A program made the translations under genes and the position numbers. A stretch of 20,000 nucleotides of DNA from an uncultured virus (IMG/VR IMGVR_UViG_3300021961_000064) (taxonomy: Duplodnaviria > Heunggongvirae > Uroviricota > Caudoviricetes), in the IMG/VR virus record IMGVR_UViG_3300021961_000064. One strand, given 5' to 3'. Every line of letters starts with the position of its first letter. Positions within the stretch are counted from its first letter, which is position 1. Below are positions 17,650 to 20,000 of the stretch, one piece after another. The notes below the pieces were generated by a model that did no database searches, was not told the DNA's origin, and saw only the letters and a list, made by a program, of their open reading frames with translations.

Positions 17650-19434
17650 CTAGTAGTTATTTAGACGATCTGATAAAGTTACCTCTATCTTTGGTTTTTT
17701 ATTCATATAAAGGTGTTTTAATCCAGACTTTATTGAGACTAATTTACCATCATCAACAAAATAAACTCCAGAAAAAGGTACTGAAGAGTCTAATTCACAC
17801 ATAAAATCTAAGGCTTCCTTTTTAGTTTGAATAAGTGGTTTACCTGCAAGATTAAAACTAGTATTCAACAGAATGGGACATCCAGTTTTCTCATAAAAAC
17901 GAGTCAAAAGATCATAAAGAAATGGATTATCTTTACCAACTGTTTGGATTCTGCATGTATTATCTACATGGACAATTGTGGGAATATATTCTTTGACTCC
18001 ATCCTTACAATCAAAATTGATTGTCATATACTCCGACTTTTGAAGTCCCATGGTATCAAAATACTTATCAAAATGTTCCTGAAGAACAATTCCTGCAAAT
18101 GGTCGATACCATTCTCTTTTCTTCAACGTATTAACAATATCCTTTCCGTCCTTATTTCTAGGATCAAATAGGATAGATCTATGTCCCAAAGCTCTTGGCC
18201 CAGATTCGGGAGCACCTTCAAAGATGGAAATAATCTTCTGATCTTCAAGAATTTCACAAAGTTTATCTAGATCAACATCTTCAACTTTATGATATTTTTC
18301 TGAGGAAAGATCTTCTTCCTGATAATAATGATAGAAGTTATTTTCCGGAGTATGAATTGTACTATCGTTTGTAAGTTGACGATAGAGATTCATTGCACAT
18401 CCGATACTATTACCAGTATCATCTGAAAGGGGTTCAAAATAAAAATTAACGTCAGGTAAGTTTTTAATATAAAAAGCATTTGCAACGATATTTAAACCGT
18501 ATCCACCCGCAATACAAACATTCTTAATGCCAGTATTTTCCACATGTTTTTTAATTAGTGCAAGAGCTGCACGTTGAGTTTCCAATTGAACTTGTTTCGC
18601 CCAATTAGCATATTTTTGATAATTCTCTTTTGTTACCTTATTGATGATCTCTTCTTTCTTTTCTTTAAAACAAGAGGTCTTCATTCCAGGATTGGGTTCA
18701 AAGTCAATTTCTTCAAACATATCATCAATGACTTTGAAATTTTCATCAAACAATGGTTCATAATCTACATCTTCTCCATAAGAAGACAGTCCCATTGTTT
18801 TTCCATTTTCCAATGCATCCTGACCAATCATAGTCGTTGCAGCTTCGTAAGCCTTAACGATACTAAATCGATGAGTTGCATCACATTCAGAATCAAAATG
18901 ACTCAAATAATCTGACACCTCTTGAGGCATTGGATCAAATTTTCTAGAAGTCCAAAAGTTTTTTTGTAGAGTAATAAACTCATTTGGATACTTACAATGA
19001 AAGACACTTTCAGATTCACGATACTGAGTCTGAAAGTCTACAAATAGTTCTGTACCATTTCTATCAATTACAATTGCGAGAGCTTCTTCAAAACCACTAT
19101 TGTAGAATGCAACTGCAGCATGATTTGCATGGTGTTGAAAATAATTATTACTCTCAAGAGGACGAGGTTCCTTAAAAGTCAGACCAAATTTACTCCGAAG
19201 AATATTTTCAGTCGCAAGGAACCTATGCCCATCCTCAAATTGTTGCCAGGAATATGTCGCATAATCAATTCCATCAGATCCATAAATCTGGTGAACGAGA
19301 TCAATACACTTTTTAGCGTGCATATCACGTTTCACACCAGAAAGACGTTCTTCTTTTACAAAGAATTCAATCTTACCATCATTAATTACGCACACACTAC
19401 TATCGTGTGACGGGCATATTCCCAAAATTCGCAT
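17650..19434 (-). CDS. Carbamoyltransferase, NodU/CmcH/TobZ family (594 aa)
   Basis: ILGI...HDSS, EERLS..K, HHANHA..AFY.S.F, GKTMGLSSYG, AGGYGLNIVAN, ESGPRALGHRSIL, KREWYRPFA, HVDNTCRIQTV and LLNTSFN. Kae1-like N-terminal domain plus YrdC-like C-terminal domain. Confidence 0.95.
   Translation of the reverse strand: MRILGICPSHDSSVCVINDGKIEFFVKEERLSGVKRDMHAKKCIDLVHQIYGSDGIDYATYSWQQFEDGHRFLATENILRSKFGLTFKEPRPLESNNYFQHHANHAAVAFYNSGFEEALAIVIDRNGTELFVDFQTQYRESESVFHCKYPNEFITLQKNFWTSRKFDPMPQEVSDYLSHFDSECDATHRFSIVKAYEAATTMIGQDALENGKTMGLSSYGEDVDYEPLFDENFKVIDDMFEEIDFEPNPGMKTSCFKEKKEEIINKVTKENYQKYANWAKQVQLETQRAALALIKKHVENTGIKNVCIAGGYGLNIVANAFYIKNLPDVNFYFEPLSDDTGNSIGCAMNLYRQLTNDSTIHTPENNFYHYYQEEDLSSEKYHKVEDVDLDKLCEILEDQKIISIFEGAPESGPRALGHRSILFDPRNKDGKDIVNTLKKREWYRPFAGIVLQEHFDKYFDTMGLQKSEYMTINFDCKDGVKEYIPTIVHVDNTCRIQTVGKDNPFLYDLLTRFYEKTGCPILLNTSFNLAGKPLIQTKKEALDFMCELDSSVPFSGVYFVDDGKLVSIKSGLKHLYMNKKPKIEVTLSDRLNNY
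17658..17665 (-). promoter_or_regulatory. Candidate late promoter (TCTAAATA)
   Basis: One mismatch from TATAAATA. It lies in the last codons of the carbamoyltransferase, 28 nt upstream of the 53-aa ORF start. Confidence 0.5.
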
Positions 19435-19440
19435 GAGTTA

Positions 19441-19542
19441 TTATTTCTTCTTACCTTTATTTGATTTTGCTTGTGTATGAATACCTTTAAAACGTTTATC
19501 TGGTCTAGAATAGTTTTCTTTATGAACGTACTTTTTAGTCAT
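19441..19542 (-). CDS. Tiny Lys-rich hypothetical protein (33 aa), not in ORF track
   Basis: MTKKYVHKENYSRPDKRFKGIHTQAKSNKGKKK*. It starts 2 nt after the upstream stop and ends TAA TAA just before the carbamoyltransferase ATG. Confidence 0.55.
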   Translation of the reverse strand: MTKKYVHKENYSRPDKRFKGIHTQAKSNKGKKK

Positions 19543-19544
19543 GT

Positions 19545-19697
19545 TCAACCTTTCCCTTGTCCTCGATACTTTTTACGAGCTTTATTACGACTCGTTGCTG
19601 CATATTTAGTATTCATGGAAGATCCCTGACGAGTCAGTTTTGGTTTACCAGGACGATAACCAGTCTTACTCAAACCACCTTTTGCTTTTACTGCCAT
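19545..19697 (-). CDS. Small basic hypothetical protein (50 aa, ...RNKARKKYRGQGKG), not in ORF track
   Basis: MAVKAKGGLSKTGYRPGKPKLTRQGSSMNTKYAATSRNKARKKYRGQGKG*, with a GAGGT Shine-Dalgarno upstream. It resembles small RGQG-ending proteins I recall from cyanomyoviruses. Confidence 0.8.
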   Translation of the reverse strand: MAVKAKGGLSKTGYRPGKPKLTRQGSSMNTKYAATSRNKARKKYRGQGKG

Positions 19698-19765
19698 TTT
19701 AATACCTCACAATTGGTTTTATTTTCGCGCCAGAAATTGATTCAAAACGCGCCGAACATAAGTTT

Positions 19766-19793
19766 TCTAGGGGTTCTGAAGAACCCCCTTAGA
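19766..19793 (-). terminator. GC-rich stem-loop after the glycosyltransferase-like gene (terminator or RNA processing/stability hairpin)
   Basis: GGGGTTC-TTCA-GAACCCC 7-bp stem, extendable by TCTA/TAGA, about 10 nt after the stop codon. No clear U-tract follows. Confidence 0.45.
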
Positions 19794-19803
19794 GACCCGT
19801 AGA

Positions 19804-20000
19804 TCAGATCACACGAGTCTTTTCGTGACCCACACGAATCTTTGGATCGCACCAGATCTCGAAACCTTTCTCCTTAGCATCGAGACAGAACGATACGTCC
19901 TCTCCACACATATCCTGAACTTCACCAGAGTCAAATACCTGCATCTTAGGAGCGAACCAGGGGTACTCCAGAGACTCGAAAACACCGTTCTTAATCAGAA
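19804..20000 (-). CDS. C-terminus of GT-A (family 2-like) glycosyltransferase-like protein; 5' end beyond window
   Basis: ...LIKNGVFESLEYPWFAPKMQVFDSGEVQDMCGEDVSFCLDAKEKGFEIWCDPKIRVGHEKTRVI*. The LI...VFE, GED..FC and G..IW.D.....GH pattern is typical of GT-A C-termini. Confidence 0.75.
   Translation of the reverse strand, partial: LIKNGVFESLEYPWFAPKMQVFDSGEVQDMCGEDVSFCLDAKEKGFEIWCDPKIRVGHEKTRVI

Noticed and set aside
15383..19802. Plus-strand ORFs overlapping gp6, gp25, the carbamoyltransferase and the small basic ORF
   Set aside because: They are antisense shadows of well-supported minus-strand genes.
1..20000. tRNA/rRNA genes, integrase or IS elements
   Set aside because: Intergenic gaps are short (about 105 nt at most) and show no cloverleaf signatures. 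No transposase or integrase motifs or terminal inverted repeats were seen.

Overview
The window is a fragment of a large T4-like myovirus genome, most similar in gene order and motifs to cyanophage-type myoviruses. All credible genes are on the minus strand. In reading order (right to left): the 3' end of a glycosyltransferase-like gene, two tiny Lys/Arg-rich ORFs, a NodU/CmcH/TobZ-family carbamoyltransferase, three small hypothetical proteins, then the baseplate cluster gp25, gp6 and a giant gp7-like ORF. The giant ORF starts at 14387 and stays open to the left edge (at least 4,795 codons); the ORF track misses it because no stop falls inside the window. Its most striking features are (i) three nested alpha-helical domains (5316-6806) resembling phycobiliprotein subunits, including the bilin-attachment C-x-R-D motif and a second Cys before the last helix, and (ii) a nested tree of seven FCCH-like beta domains (about 1035-3150). 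All translations of ORFs absent from the track were done by hand.
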